Positions 33,211 to 44,046 of a stretch of 64,000 nt of DNA are shown here, one piece after another (the first letter of the stretch is position 1; every line of letters starts with the position of its first letter). The stretch lies in IMG/VR virus record IMGVR_UViG_3300028800_000060, positions 96,001-160,000 of that record. One strand, given 5' to 3'. This DNA comes from a virus. A program made the position numbers and the translations under genes. The notes under the pieces are model-generated. The model saw only the letters and a list, made by a program, of their open reading frames with translations, was not told where the DNA came from and made no database searches.

Positions 33211-33287
33211 TCCTTGTGTCGAATAGACATTCCGGCCTAAATTCGCTACACTGGCCAAGTGAGCAAATTTATTACTCTGGAGAACGC

Positions 33288-34310
33288 ATGAGCGGACCGA
33301 AAAAGAGTTTCGATTCAGCAGTTGCGGGCCTTGTGGCCCAGTTTGGGCACCAAATAAGTAGTAAGAATATCTTAGCTTATTGCCGAGAAAATAATGTTTC
33401 TGTGCCTTTGGCAGTAAGGAGTTGTAAAATTGGACGGGGTTGGTATGATCTTACTCCGCTATTGAATGCGTCACAGAACAACAATGTCCAGATGCCTACA
33501 TCTCATACCGAAATTGTGCGGGAAATGACAGATGAGGAAGTAGAACAGGACATCAATTCACGGTTTGCGAGTCTTGATTTGATGACTTATGGGGTAATTG
33601 ATGGAAAATATCGTTCATTGATTGTGAGCGGCAATCCCGGAACAGGGAAAACATTTACACTCGAAATGATTTTGGAATCAGCGGCTAATAAGTCTAAGAT
33701 TTTGTATACGGGTGTTCGTGGATATGTCCGAGCTACTGGCTTATATCGGTTGATGTGGGAACACCGTCATGAGCAATGTGTGCTATTGATGGATGATGCC
33801 GATTCTATCTTTCAAGATGAAATTTCATTGAATCTCCTCAAAGGGGGTTTAGATACTACGAAACGCCGGCATATTAGCTGGAGATCAGAAAAGATCTTTG
33901 AGTCCGCAGACGGCGAAAATATTCCTCAAGAATTTGATTTCCATGGAGCAATCATCTTCGTATCGAATATTGACTTCCAAAGATCTGTCGCCCAGGGGAA
34001 TAAACTCGCGGTACATCTAGCGGCTTTGATGTCCCGTAGTTATTATTTGGATTTAAATCTCCTGAGTGTTCGGGAATTGATTGTCCGAATCAAAAGTGTC
34101 GTGGAACATTCCGGCATTTTAAAAGAAATGGGAATCAATAAAAAGGATCAGGTAGCAATTTTGGATTACATCATTGAAAACCAAAATCGGATTCGAGAAT
34201 TATCTCTACGAACTGTAACCAAGATGGGGATGATTTGGACAGTAGCGGCAGGCAATCAAGATAACTTTACCAAAATGGCAAGTGCCACTTGTATGGTGAG
34301 AGGACGATAA
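33288..34310 (+). CDS. AAA+ ATPase, T4 NrdC.10-like
   Basis: Walker A SGNPGTGKT, Walker B LLMDDADS, LNLLKGGLDT, F.F.GAIIFVSN, LMSRS, RELSLR; start at 33288 with GGAGA RBS. Confidence 0.82.
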   Translation: MSGPKKSFDSAVAGLVAQFGHQISSKNILAYCRENNVSVPLAVRSCKIGRGWYDLTPLLNASQNNNVQMPTSHTEIVREMTDEEVEQDINSRFASLDLMTYGVIDGKYRSLIVSGNPGTGKTFTLEMILESAANKSKILYTGVRGYVRATGLYRLMWEHRHEQCVLLMDDADSIFQDEISLNLLKGGLDTTKRRHISWRSEKIFESADGENIPQEFDFHGAIIFVSNIDFQRSVAQGNKLAVHLAALMSRSYYLDLNLLSVRELIVRIKSVVEHSGILKEMGINKKDQVAILDYIIENQNRIRELSLRTVTKMGMIWTVAAGNQDNFTKMASATCMVRGR

Positions 34311-34563
34311 TATGGCAGGTATTAAAATAGAAGGAGTGGATTGCGATACGGCTCAAGAAGTGGGCCGGGTGGGTATTATTCCAGTTTTAGAACTTGAACC
34401 CTGCGGAACAAAGTTTAAAATAGGATGTAAAATTTTTGTGGCCGGAGAACAATGTACCCGGTCAGATTTTTATGCTGCAGTTGCCGAAGCAGGATTAAAT
34501 CTGGCAGATTTTATGGAGTGCCCTGAGGAATATCTTTTTCTGAGGATTAAGGAGGTATTTTAA

Positions 34564-34770
34564 ATGACAAAAACTGGTAAGTGGATTATTGATCCTATCA
34601 TGCATCAAAATGAAATTGTAGGTGTGGATTTTATAGATGAAAATGGTCAAACCATTTCAGTAGGAGTCAACTTCAATTTTTCCGATTATATCACCATCTC
34701 AGGAGATGATTGTTTAATTATTATGCCATGGGCCACCAATAAGTGTTTAATTAAACATACGGATATTTGA
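34564..34770 (+). CDS. small protein sharing its C-terminus with the downstream hexapeptide protein
   Basis: Ends ISGD..LI..PWATN.C.IKHTDI, like ORF 34814-35275. Confidence 0.7.
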   Translation: MTKTGKWIIDPIMHQNEIVGVDFIDENGQTISVGVNFNFSDYITISGDDCLIIMPWATNKCLIKHTDI

Positions 34771-35312
34771 TATCCCTTTTGTTTCTGATATACTGTAATT
34801 GAAAGCTCATTTTATGACTCTAGAACAGTTACAACTCATGTTCCCCGATGCCACAAAAGAAACATGGCATCAGCATTCCCATGGATCCGGATGGATCTAT
34901 AATACGGCATATGTGGAACCCACGGCATATGTGGGTCCGGATGCTACGGTGTCCGGAAATGCCCGGGTATTAGAAAATGCCCGGGTATTAGAAAATGCTT
35001 GGGTATTCGGAAATGCTTGGGTATTCGGAAATGCTTGTGTATCCGGAAATGCTCAGGTATCAGGAAATGCTATTATACACGATAATACCTGGGTATTCGA
35101 AAATGCCTGGGTTTTTGAACATGCCGAGGTGTCCGAATACGCACGGGTATCAGGAAATGCTAGGGTATATGGATATGCGCATATAAACGGAGTTGTACGG
35201 ATATCTGGAGATAATAGTTTATTTATTAATCCATGGGCCACAAACTTATGTAGGATTAAACATACGGATATTTGATATCCCTTTTGTTTCTGATATACTG
35301 TAATTGAAAGCT
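34750..35312 (+). repeat. 58-bp identical direct repeat (gene 3' end plus sigma70 promoter)
   Basis: 34750-34807 = 35255-35312; contains TTGATA...TGnTATACT. Confidence 0.92.
34814..35275 (+). CDS. hexapeptide-repeat protein, paralogue 2
   Basis: Same head and hexapeptide repeats. Confidence 0.85.
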   Translation: MTLEQLQLMFPDATKETWHQHSHGSGWIYNTAYVEPTAYVGPDATVSGNARVLENARVLENAWVFGNAWVFGNACVSGNAQVSGNAIIHDNTWVFENAWVFEHAEVSEYARVSGNARVYGYAHINGVVRISGDNSLFINPWATNLCRIKHTDI

Positions 35313-35313
35313 T

Positions 35314-35823
35314 ATGACACTACAACAATTGAAACAAAAATTCCTTGATGCCACTGAGGACACATGGCATCAGCACTCCAATGGGGGTGGATGGATCGAG
35401 AATACGGCATACGTTGAACCCACGTCCTTTGTGGGGCTGAATGCTTTGGTATTTGGATATGCCATAGTGGTCGAAAATGCCTGTGTGTTTGGAGACGCCT
35501 GTGTGTTCGGAAATGCCATGGTGGCCGGGTGTGCCATGGTATATGGAAATGCTCAGGTATCCGGAAATGCCCGGGTGTACAAAAACGCTTGTGTATATGA
35601 AAATGCCCGGGTGTTTGGAGATGCCTTTGTATCTGGAAACGCCCGTGTGTACGGATATGCCTTTGTATATGGAGACGCCTGTGTGTCTGGAAATGCCCAG
35701 GTGTCATGCAGTGCCTGGGTATCCGGAAATGCCCGGGTTCTGGGAGATGCGCATGTAACCGGATTTGCCTGGGTATTCGGAGATGAGAGAATAACTTCTC
35801 TCATCGGAAAGTTTAAAGGATAA
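35314..35823 (+). CDS. hexapeptide-repeat protein, paralogue 3
   Basis: Same head and hexapeptide repeats. Confidence 0.85.
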   Translation: MTLQQLKQKFLDATEDTWHQHSNGGGWIENTAYVEPTSFVGLNALVFGYAIVVENACVFGDACVFGNAMVAGCAMVYGNAQVSGNARVYKNACVYENARVFGDAFVSGNARVYGYAFVYGDACVSGNAQVSCSAWVSGNARVLGDAHVTGFAWVFGDERITSLIGKFKG

Positions 35824-35826
35824 AAA

Positions 35827-36405
35827 ATGGTAAAGAAAATTTTACTCTCGTTGGTATTGGCATTTTCTTGCCTTGCCAATACCGAAACAATCCAATTTAC
35901 GGGTCCAACAACTGGAGCCAGCAATGGTTCTGTAGCTGTAGGCCCATACAATCTTATTATTGATGGTATAGCAACCACAGGTGTTTGTATAACATTTGAT
36001 GTGGATATTACTGCCGGTCAAATTTGGCAAGCAGAAACCAAAACTGTAACCGATTTCTCAAATTCCCAAACTCTGTTGGAAGCTGAATATTTAATCCAGC
36101 AATTTGCGACGTCAACCGATTGGGTGTATATCCATCAGGCAATTTGGGATACCCAAGAACCTGGCACATTTACGGATAATATTACCCTTGCCTGGTTAAG
36201 CCAGGCTCAAACCAATTATATTTTCGTGAATCCCAATTCGTTTTCGATTCAAGTACCAGTCCCAACAAATGCTTCCCAATTCTTCATTACTCAAAATGAT
36301 CCGCCTATTGGGAAAGTTCCAGAGATTACACCCTTCTCGTTGATTACGTTTGGGGGTTTTTGCATTAGTTTAGGTGTTTTTATTAGGAAATTGAGGAAAG
36401 CATAG
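35827..36405 (+). CDS. PEP-CTERM-like surface protein
   Basis: Signal peptide; QAIW motif; C-terminal VPE + TM helix + RKLRK. Confidence 0.75.
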   Translation: MVKKILLSLVLAFSCLANTETIQFTGPTTGASNGSVAVGPYNLIIDGIATTGVCITFDVDITAGQIWQAETKTVTDFSNSQTLLEAEYLIQQFATSTDWVYIHQAIWDTQEPGTFTDNITLAWLSQAQTNYIFVNPNSFSIQVPVPTNASQFFITQNDPPIGKVPEITPFSLITFGGFCISLGVFIRKLRKA

Positions 36406-36987
36406 ATGGAAACCCCACGCAGGGAGATATATCTCGGCAAACCCTATGCTGTTTCGTATGTATCTCCCAAAGCAACGGAAAAGGAAATTATGGAAGCAAG
36501 ACTCCAAAATTACATACATTTTCCTGATTTGGATTCTTATGTTATTCCTAGAAAGGAACCGGAAACTTTGCTTTTCAAACTTAAGGTTTACTGGGCAACA
36601 ATGCTCCGAGTCTTAAAAACTGGCCTGAAGCCAAAAGACTAGCATCTAATGCGTATTTAAAATCTAGATCCTTGCGATTCCCAGACGATCCAAGCACGTT
36701 TTGAAATAAAAGACGTATATTGTCATAGGTCGAGCTTAAACTAGCATAAAATGAACGTTTTTTGTTAGTTTAAGCTTTGACATTCCAAGAAAAAAGTGAG
36801 ATCATGAATCTAATGAGCGAAAATGAATGTGTGCCCGACCGAATGGTAATTGTCAATCTTCAGAGACTAACGAATCTGGTAGATTCATTGGTCCGAAATA
36901 GTACAGATAACGGGCAAACAATGACTTGTTTTGCGGAAGATGTTGAGAATTTGGATATTTTTGTTGATCAGTTGATTAAGGAAAATC

Positions 36988-37398
36988 ATGACTAATAAAG
37001 AACAGGTTCAAAAGAAATTAGATCCTTCTTTTTTCCCACGGCTTTGGTCTCTTGCCAATGACGCCGGAATGTTGGCTGTTTCTAAATTAGACGTTACTCC
37101 TATGGTTGTGACGGAGCGAACTAATCCGATGGATGATGCTTCACCTGTTCGCCGTTCTTGGTATGTGGGCGATGGAGTTTGTGGTTTTGCCTGGGTCACG
37201 GTTCGACCCGGCGGATGCGCATTCGCTCGTTGGATGAAAGAAAACAAGCGGTGCGATATCGCCTATGGGGGAGGAATGCAGTTCTGGGTCCATTATTTCA
37301 ACCAGTGCATGCAAAAGAAAGAGGCATATGCCGAGGCATTTGCGGAAGTTTTACGCCAATTTGGAATTAAGGCATATTCTGGTTCGAGGATGGATTAG
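36988..37398 (+). CDS. conserved phage hypothetical protein (GVCGFAWV family)
   Basis: DGVCGFAWV, FARW.K, Q....KEAYA.AFA.VL...GI.AY..SR.D. Confidence 0.75.
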   Translation: MTNKEQVQKKLDPSFFPRLWSLANDAGMLAVSKLDVTPMVVTERTNPMDDASPVRRSWYVGDGVCGFAWVTVRPGGCAFARWMKENKRCDIAYGGGMQFWVHYFNQCMQKKEAYAEAFAEVLRQFGIKAYSGSRMD

Positions 37399-37858
37399 TT
37401 TTCTTTGGAGAAATGAAATGAGATTTATTTTACGTATCCTGATTGCATCGATGAATTTAAATGAAACCCATTTGGAAGAAATCTACATGATATCGCGGGG
37501 AACCAAATACGAAAACCGCTTTGCGGAAGTGAGGAAACAACAACGGATTGCGAGAAGTAAACTCCGAGATATTTTGGATGACATGATCGATGATGGTACC
37601 GATACATAAGAGAAGATCTATTTAGTACTCCAATGCCAAACATCAAAGAACAGATGGCCAAAAGGTTCGAATTGATCCAGCGCCTGGAAAACCTTCGCAC
37701 AGGTAATGATGAGCAGGATAAATTGGTTAACCTATTAATTGAATTTCTGGTTGACCGAGAAATACAGATGATGGCGTTGGATGAATCTCTTCATGAATTA
37801 GATACGGTGATTAAGACCATCATAAATCGAAATAGGGAGTGAAAACTCCCAAGACTGT

Positions 37859-37869
37859 GTTATTATAAC
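37859..37869. promoter_or_regulatory. palindromic operator GTTATNATAAC (first of 8 exact copies, 37.8-54.7 kb)
   Basis: Exact copies at 37859, 40560, 42418, 44863, 47980, 53367, 54590, 54646; one-mismatch copies at 45981, 51831. Confidence 0.75.
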
Positions 37870-37928
37870 AAACTCCTTCTTGTTTCCTTTCTCTAGAGAT
37901 GCTATCATCTGTATTGTAAGAGAAAGAT

Positions 37929-38204
37929 ATGACACATCCTTTCCTAGAAAATAAGTACACAAACGCATATTTCGGAATCATCAATAAGGCAAAGGAACAA
38001 AAAAGAAATAAGAAAATGGGCATTAAAACGGAAAGACATCATATTATTCCGAAATGTATGGGTGGAACGAAAAGGATTAGGTTAACCATCAAAGAACACC
38101 GAGTATGCCATCGGCTGTTAGTTGCCATGGTTAACGAAGCTGTGATAAAGGAAAAACTGAAAGCCGCGGTTTTCTCGTTTAATCCTGGGCGATATAAGGA
38201 ATAA
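37929..38204 (+). pseudogene. degenerate/minimal HNH homing endonuclease
   Basis: Y..II.KAK, ERHHIIPKCMGG, LT..EH..CHRLL; lacks the DxxNL Asn segment and any DNA-binding tail. Confidence 0.6.
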
Positions 38205-38425
38205 TTACCATGCAAGATCCGCTGACATCCGAAGAATTGGAATTATATACTCGGAGTTGTGAGGATAATATCCGTTGTATGTCGGCTTTCGCGCTAGCCA
38301 ACGGTTACACAATTTCGGAAAACGATGAAATGTCTCTTGGACGGATGATATTGAGTGTTATCTGGGCAAAAAGAAATTTGCGGAAATGTCTTTGACATTC
38401 CTGTTATTTTTTGAGACAATTAATT

Positions 38426-40075
38426 ATGTCAGAAAAACGTACTGTGACGCTTTCGCCGCAACAATCAGCGGTATTGGATTTCGCGTCTAAGACGGGTCGC
38501 GGTAATTGTCTGATTACCGCAGTTGCTGGTAGCGGAAAGACTTTCACTCTCGTCGAATGTCTTCCTCAGTTGGAAGGATATATCGCTGTGTGTGCTTACA
38601 ACACTTCGATAGCCGGTGAGATGGAAGCAAAAGTGGAATCCATCACGTTTCCTGATGGTACCCGTTGCTACGTGGGTACAGTACATCGTTTCGGACGCAA
38701 AGCACTTGCAAAGGCCTTTCCGAAAGGAAAGCTTCCTGCTAGGGGAGAGAAATCAAAGATCGACCAGATGATGGATACGATCATCCATCCCAGAACAAGG
38801 TCAAAAGGTGTTCCTAAGCATCTGCAAAGTTTTGTCCGCAAAGCCTACAATTTGGCACGGCAGCAGGGTGCGGGAGTATTATCCGAATTCGCATTCATAG
38901 ATTATGCCGCGTGGCTCAATATGGTCGAACATTTCGACCTGCGCGATGAATTTGCCAATTCCGATGGTGATCTTCCCTTAGATGTTGAACAGTTAGTCCG
39001 CGAAGGAATCAATTACACAGTTCTCCTTATTAAGTACGGGATTCACATCCTCGATAAGATCTGGGATTTTGAGGACATGATTTATGCTGTCCTTTATTTG
39101 AATCTTCGTGTAGAACCTAACAACTGGGTTCTCGTGGATGAAGTCCAGGACATAAATCCCACTAGGCGCGCGTTGATTAAGAAAATGCTCGCCGTGGGAG
39201 GACGAGCCATCTTTGTTGGTGATCCTCATCAAGCAATTTATGGATTCACCGGCGCCGATGCAAAGAGTTTCGAGAATATCCGTAAAGAATTCGATTGCAC
39301 TGATTTGCCGCTTACGTGGTCTTTCCGTTGTGCTAAGTCTGTTGTTCGTTTTGTCCAACAATGGGTGAGCCATATCGAATCTCATCCCGATGCTCCTGAG
39401 GGTGAAGTAATCAGTATGACTGAAGAAGAATTGTGGCAAGATGAACCGAAAGGTATCAACATTGACACGAAACAGGAAGTTAAAATTGCATCTTTGAACG
39501 TAAAGGATGCAATCCTTTGCCGCAACAATGCACCGTTGGTTGATCTATTTTTCGCCCTTTTGAAGAAGGGAATCGCGTCACATATTGAAGGCAAGGATAT
39601 CTCGGACAAGTTTGTGAAATTGGCTTCCCGATGGCCGGCCGTCAAGACGTTGACCGCATTGGAAAATAAGATTATCGAATATAAAGAGCGCCAAATCCAA
39701 AAGGGCTTACAGAGCGGTCGGGAAGATAAAGCCGCAGACATCGCCGATGTGGCTGATGCTGTGCTAGCAGTCATTTCGGGCATGCCACGTGGAAGCTCAG
39801 TTGAGAATCTAAGGACTCGCATACTTTCGATGTTCGAAAAGGAAGATGGAAAGAAGATGCCGAGTGTTACTCTCACCACGATTCATAAGTCCAAGGGACG
39901 TGAATGGCAACGTGTTTTTTGGTATGGACGCAATCGTTGGAATCCTAGCAGTTATGCGCGCCAAGACTGGCAGATGGAACAAGAAACAAATTTGATGTAT
40001 GTGGCGGGAACGCGTGCAATGACCACGTTGATTGATATTCATGTTCCCGTACCGCCAGTAAGGAGATTCAAGTAA
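38426..40075 (+). CDS. UvrD/Rep-family SF1 helicase
   Basis: Q motif, AVAGSGKT, VDEVQD, VGDPHQAIYGFTGAD, SFRC, LCR.N, TIHKSKGREW, YVAGTRA; start after TTGACA promoter. Confidence 0.93.
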   Translation: MSEKRTVTLSPQQSAVLDFASKTGRGNCLITAVAGSGKTFTLVECLPQLEGYIAVCAYNTSIAGEMEAKVESITFPDGTRCYVGTVHRFGRKALAKAFPKGKLPARGEKSKIDQMMDTIIHPRTRSKGVPKHLQSFVRKAYNLARQQGAGVLSEFAFIDYAAWLNMVEHFDLRDEFANSDGDLPLDVEQLVREGINYTVLLIKYGIHILDKIWDFEDMIYAVLYLNLRVEPNNWVLVDEVQDINPTRRALIKKMLAVGGRAIFVGDPHQAIYGFTGADAKSFENIRKEFDCTDLPLTWSFRCAKSVVRFVQQWVSHIESHPDAPEGEVISMTEEELWQDEPKGINIDTKQEVKIASLNVKDAILCRNNAPLVDLFFALLKKGIASHIEGKDISDKFVKLASRWPAVKTLTALENKIIEYKERQIQKGLQSGREDKAADIADVADAVLAVISGMPRGSSVENLRTRILSMFEKEDGKKMPSVTLTTIHKSKGREWQRVFWYGRNRWNPSSYARQDWQMEQETNLMYVAGTRAMTTLIDIHVPVPPVRRFK

Positions 40076-40166
40076 TATTGACTGGGGAGACTATGCAAAC
40101 AAAGAGATACTGGATTAGCCATTGTATGGCATATCCTAGCCTAAAACCGTTTTGTAAGGAGAAAAT

Positions 40167-40373
40167 ATGATTCTAAAATCGTTTGTGTGGATTCTATTTA
40201 CGTTTTTTTGGTGTTGGGTTACCAAGTTTATCGGTGATCGGTTGGAGGAGAAAAGTTTCTTTTGGTGGATTTTTAACGAATTCAATTTCTTTTTACTCCT
40301 CGTGCTATTCGGAAGCACGCTTTGGTTTCTGGTAGCTGTGGGTACTTGGATGTGGCCGATTCTCTGGAGTTAA
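40167..40373 (+). CDS. two-TM membrane protein
   Basis: AAGGAG RBS; two hydrophobic helices. Confidence 0.65.
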   Translation: MILKSFVWILFTFFWCWVTKFIGDRLEEKSFFWWIFNEFNFFLLLVLFGSTLWFLVAVGTWMWPILWS

Positions 40374-40692
40374 TATGACTATGACTGTTAACGTCTCAAT
40401 CGCAAAGGGATTAGGGTACTGTATTGGTCAGAATTTGTATTTCGGTGGTCAATATTACAAAATCGACGCCAAGTATCCTGTTTACGAAAACGGCCGGCTT
40501 ACCAGTTACAATGTGATCCTCAGGAAGTAACCGTATCCCCGGGAAACCGGGGTTACAGTGTTATAATAACGCAAACTTGAGACGATCCAAGACGTCTTTG
40601 GCCTTTAGCGTGTTATATATCGCTGATATGACGGTAAAGTGTCTTGGATCGTCTGGGAATACAAAGAATTGTATACAAAGATAAATATCACT

Positions 40693-41427
40693 ATGCAACC
40701 AAATTCACGCGCAACATTTACGGATTACTGTTTAGGAAAATTAGGCCAAGGAATTGTTCATATCGAAATTACCCCAGCCCAAGCCGATGCTTGCATTGAT
40801 GATGCCCTAACACTATTCCGAGAATACCATTATGAAGCTACACAACGGACATACCTGAAGCACCAAATAACTGCCACTGATTTGGTAAACCATTGGATTC
40901 CTTGTGATGATTCGATTATGTCGGTTATCAGAGTAGTGCAGGCGAATGAAGGAAATTTAAATATTTTTGATGTTCGTTACCAACTCCGACTACAAGATTT
41001 TTACAATTTCTCCAACGTGTCGATGCAACATTTTGTTATTACTATGGAGAAATTAAGCCTCCTAGATTGGCTATTAAATCCGGAACCTACAATTTCTTTT
41101 GAACGGCTATCTAACCGAATTTATGTTAATGCCGATTGGAGTTCTCGCGTTCAACAGGGCGATTTCTTTATCTTCGAAGTATACCAATGGTTAGATGAAA
41201 TCTCATATCCTAGGATTTGGACGGATAAGTGGTTAAAAGCCTATGCCACGTGCCTTATGAGGATTCAGTGGGGATCGAATACCAAGAAGTTTAATGGAAT
41301 TCAAACTTTAGGTGGTGTCGTACTCAACGGCCAGCAAATATATGATGAGGGTATGGAAGAAAAGGAAAAATTGGAAGATATTCTTTATCGTGATTACCAA
41401 CGTCCAATTCGGCTATTTATCGGATAA
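40693..41427 (+). CDS. gp13: gp13 neck protein
   Basis: MQPNSR..F.DYCL.KLG, DDAL..F.EYH, WLK.YAT.L...QWG.N..KF.G....GGV.LNG..IY; late promoter TAAATA 5 nt upstream. Confidence 0.93.
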   Translation: MQPNSRATFTDYCLGKLGQGIVHIEITPAQADACIDDALTLFREYHYEATQRTYLKHQITATDLVNHWIPCDDSIMSVIRVVQANEGNLNIFDVRYQLRLQDFYNFSNVSMQHFVITMEKLSLLDWLLNPEPTISFERLSNRIYVNADWSSRVQQGDFFIFEVYQWLDEISYPRIWTDKWLKAYATCLMRIQWGSNTKKFNGIQTLGGVVLNGQQIYDEGMEEKEKLEDILYRDYQRPIRLFIG

Positions 41428-41887
41428 TAATGATAACTCAAGAAAACCTAATCAACGAATTGACCATTATTCTTTCCTCAGCCGGACAAATGGTAGAAGA
41501 AACCAAAGAGGATTACAATCTGAATGATTTATTACAAGAAATCCGAGAAGCAATAAATCGGATTATGTATCCTGATTTACCACCCATCATAACTTGACAT
41601 TCCTTTTGAGGTTATGCTACACTTTAAGAGTAGTTGATCTCAAAAGGAGTTGTTACTATGTTTTCGACGCCGAAACTTATAACTCTCAACCGCACCCTGG
41701 CAGTCCATTTGCGGTCGGTTATTGTTAAAGTCTCATCTTTCACCGGCCTCTGGCAGGATGGATTTCGGGATGAAGTGAAATACAAGATCACCGCGATTCA
41801 TTTCCCCGAAAGCGTGTGGGTCCCTTCTGATGACCAGCCGGTCATCTCGTTCAAGAAAACCGCAATCGTTTCGGAACAGGATGTCAA

Positions 41888-42310
41888 ATGCTGAGTATCG
41901 ACGCCGAAAAATTGGCAAAGGATCTCATCAACAAGTATATCCCAGGTTGGGGATTTGCTTGGATCCGCTCCCAGCGTTGCTACGGGAAATGCAGTTTCAG
42001 TGAGCATTGTATCAAGCTGAGTCTCCCATTGGTGCAGCGCAATACTGTGGTGGAAACAACCAATACTATCCTTCACGAAATTGCCCACGCGATGGCCGGC
42101 CCCGGACATAACCACGATTGGTATTGGAAAGCTCAGTGTATCAAGATCGGTGCGCGTCCTGAACGGTGTTTCGATCCCACCCAAGTGGACACAGGCGCCG
42201 AGTGGAAAGCCGAATGTAAATGCCCCGGTCGGGTGTTCAAAGCTATCCGAAAACCTCGGCGCAGTTTTATATGCCGGGTTTGCCGCCACCCATTGGTGTA
42301 CTCCAAGTAG
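41888..42310 (+). CDS. SprT-like zinc metalloprotease
   Basis: YGKC, TILHEIAHA, H...W......IGA.P.RC, C-terminal Zn ribbon. Confidence 0.85.
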   Translation: MLSIDAEKLAKDLINKYIPGWGFAWIRSQRCYGKCSFSEHCIKLSLPLVQRNTVVETTNTILHEIAHAMAGPGHNHDWYWKAQCIKIGARPERCFDPTQVDTGAEWKAECKCPGRVFKAIRKPRRSFICRVCRHPLVYSK

Positions 42311-42333
42311 GGCCCTTCCCCCTCTAAAGGGAT

Positions 42334-42401
42334 AAAAGCCGTATCGCCGTCGCATATACCGATAACAGAGTCGGACGTATGCCAAGTGCGATACGGCTTT
42401 T
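42334..42401. terminator. long hairpin / bidirectional terminator
   Basis: AAAAGCCGTATCGC...GCGATACGGCTTTT. Confidence 0.7.
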
Positions 42402-42476
42402 CTGTTCCTTTGTTTGCGTTATTATAACGTTTTCCTTGTTGTGCCGGATAGATGTGCGTGATATACTTGTAATTGA

Positions 42477-42569
42477 TGCTGGCAGAGGCCGCCAAGTTTC
42501 GAAGGGTGACTTGGAGCGTGCAAGTGGATCATATTCAACGCATGACACCCGGGGCGGCTCTGCGCAGCA
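42477..42569 (+). ncRNA. candidate structured RNA (long closing stem plus three-way junction)
   Basis: Starts ~10 nt after TATACT -10 box; 5'/3' ends pair; inner GGGTG/CACCC stem closes two hairpins. Confidence 0.4.
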
Positions 42570-44046
42570 GGTGAATAGTCTAATTTAGGAGAAAATATGA
42601 TAGAAAACGCGCGCAAAAATTTTGTTACCGTCCACGAAGTGGGCGCTCAAAGAGAAAAGCTGTCCTCACAAATTCCAAATCATCAAATGTTCACTGGGCA
42701 AATTGCTGGTTATCCTAACCAGTTATTCGTTAAATTGGATGATGCAATTTGGTCGTTGGATGCTGAAGTTGGTTCAGAACCCGGTAATTATTGGATTTCT
42801 CCCGACTGCCCGATTAAGAACTACAACACGGTGACGAAAATTACTGTTACCGTGGAAAAGTAAGGATACACCCATGTCAGTAGCGGCGCTTTCATTGGAA
42901 ACACTCTCCTCAAAAGACGAACACGCAATTGCGGGATTTGGAGTTAACGACTACAAAAAAGACATTCCCGTAAGCAATTATGAATTCCTTGTATTCTCTG
43001 TGGAGACTGAGACTCAAGGATGTTCGGAAGAAAATGAAATAGAACGAACTTGGCATGCGGTGTATCAAGGTACCCGATTCGGTCCCTATGAAACCAAAGC
43101 CGAATTAATGGATAAAATGTGCATGCATTTCTCTCTGGAACTCCCCGAATATTGCAAAAGTTAGGAGATTATGATGTCCACCTTACGCGAAGATATCAAG
43201 AAACTGAATAACGGAGAAACCATTACACGCACATTCCCGTGTGGTAATGTTGTTTCAATTACAGCCCGCAAGATTTTAACGCGCACATATGGATATGTGA
43301 TTAGTTCCACCGATCCTTCGTATTTTGTAACTGATGATCCGAGTCAGCAGAACCAAACGTGGCCCATGTATGATTCCAAAACATTCGTGTTTTTTATTGA
43401 AGTGGATGCTTTGGAGGGTTTGCTGATGCTTGTCCGAGCATTGGTTATCAATAACCGGAAATTGAATCGTCTTTAATACCCATTTCGTGGAGAACTCTAT
43501 GTCTCCTAAAGACCCGCAGCAGATTTTACTTCGGTTGATGGGTAGAACTTCCAATATTGGAAGTTCTACCATCCTCGGTCAGGCATTAGTTTATCTCCAA
43601 TATGGAGAAGAAGCGTTCAAGCGGATATATCGTAGTGGTAGAATAGGGTCCTCGGTAGATAAGTATTTTGAAGGTTCTTCCAAAGAATGGAAATTGACAC
43701 CACTCTCTTAGTGCGATATCATCTGAATATGAGCACATTACAGCAACTCATCCGAAAGATGGTCGATGACGATGGTTTATGGCCATCTCAGATGGAAGAT
43801 CAATTGAAGGAGATGGGCTTCAAATTCTATGACCTTGTAGTTGAAATCGACTACCTTACGCGAAAACCACGCCAATGAAACGCAAATACTTTTCCATCCG
43901 AAAATATATGGGTGATGATATCTATTCCTGGGCAGTTTTCCGGAAAGGGCAGAGCCAACCGGTTTGCACAGGATGTGGAAAGAGTGAAGCCACACATCAC
44001 GCCAACAACCTGGAACGCCGCGAAGCTCTCAAGGAGATAAAATAAC

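Noticed and set aside
37929-38204. Active homing endonuclease or intron
   Set aside because: Only 91 aa, HNH Asn segment missing, no intron structure or split host gene seen.
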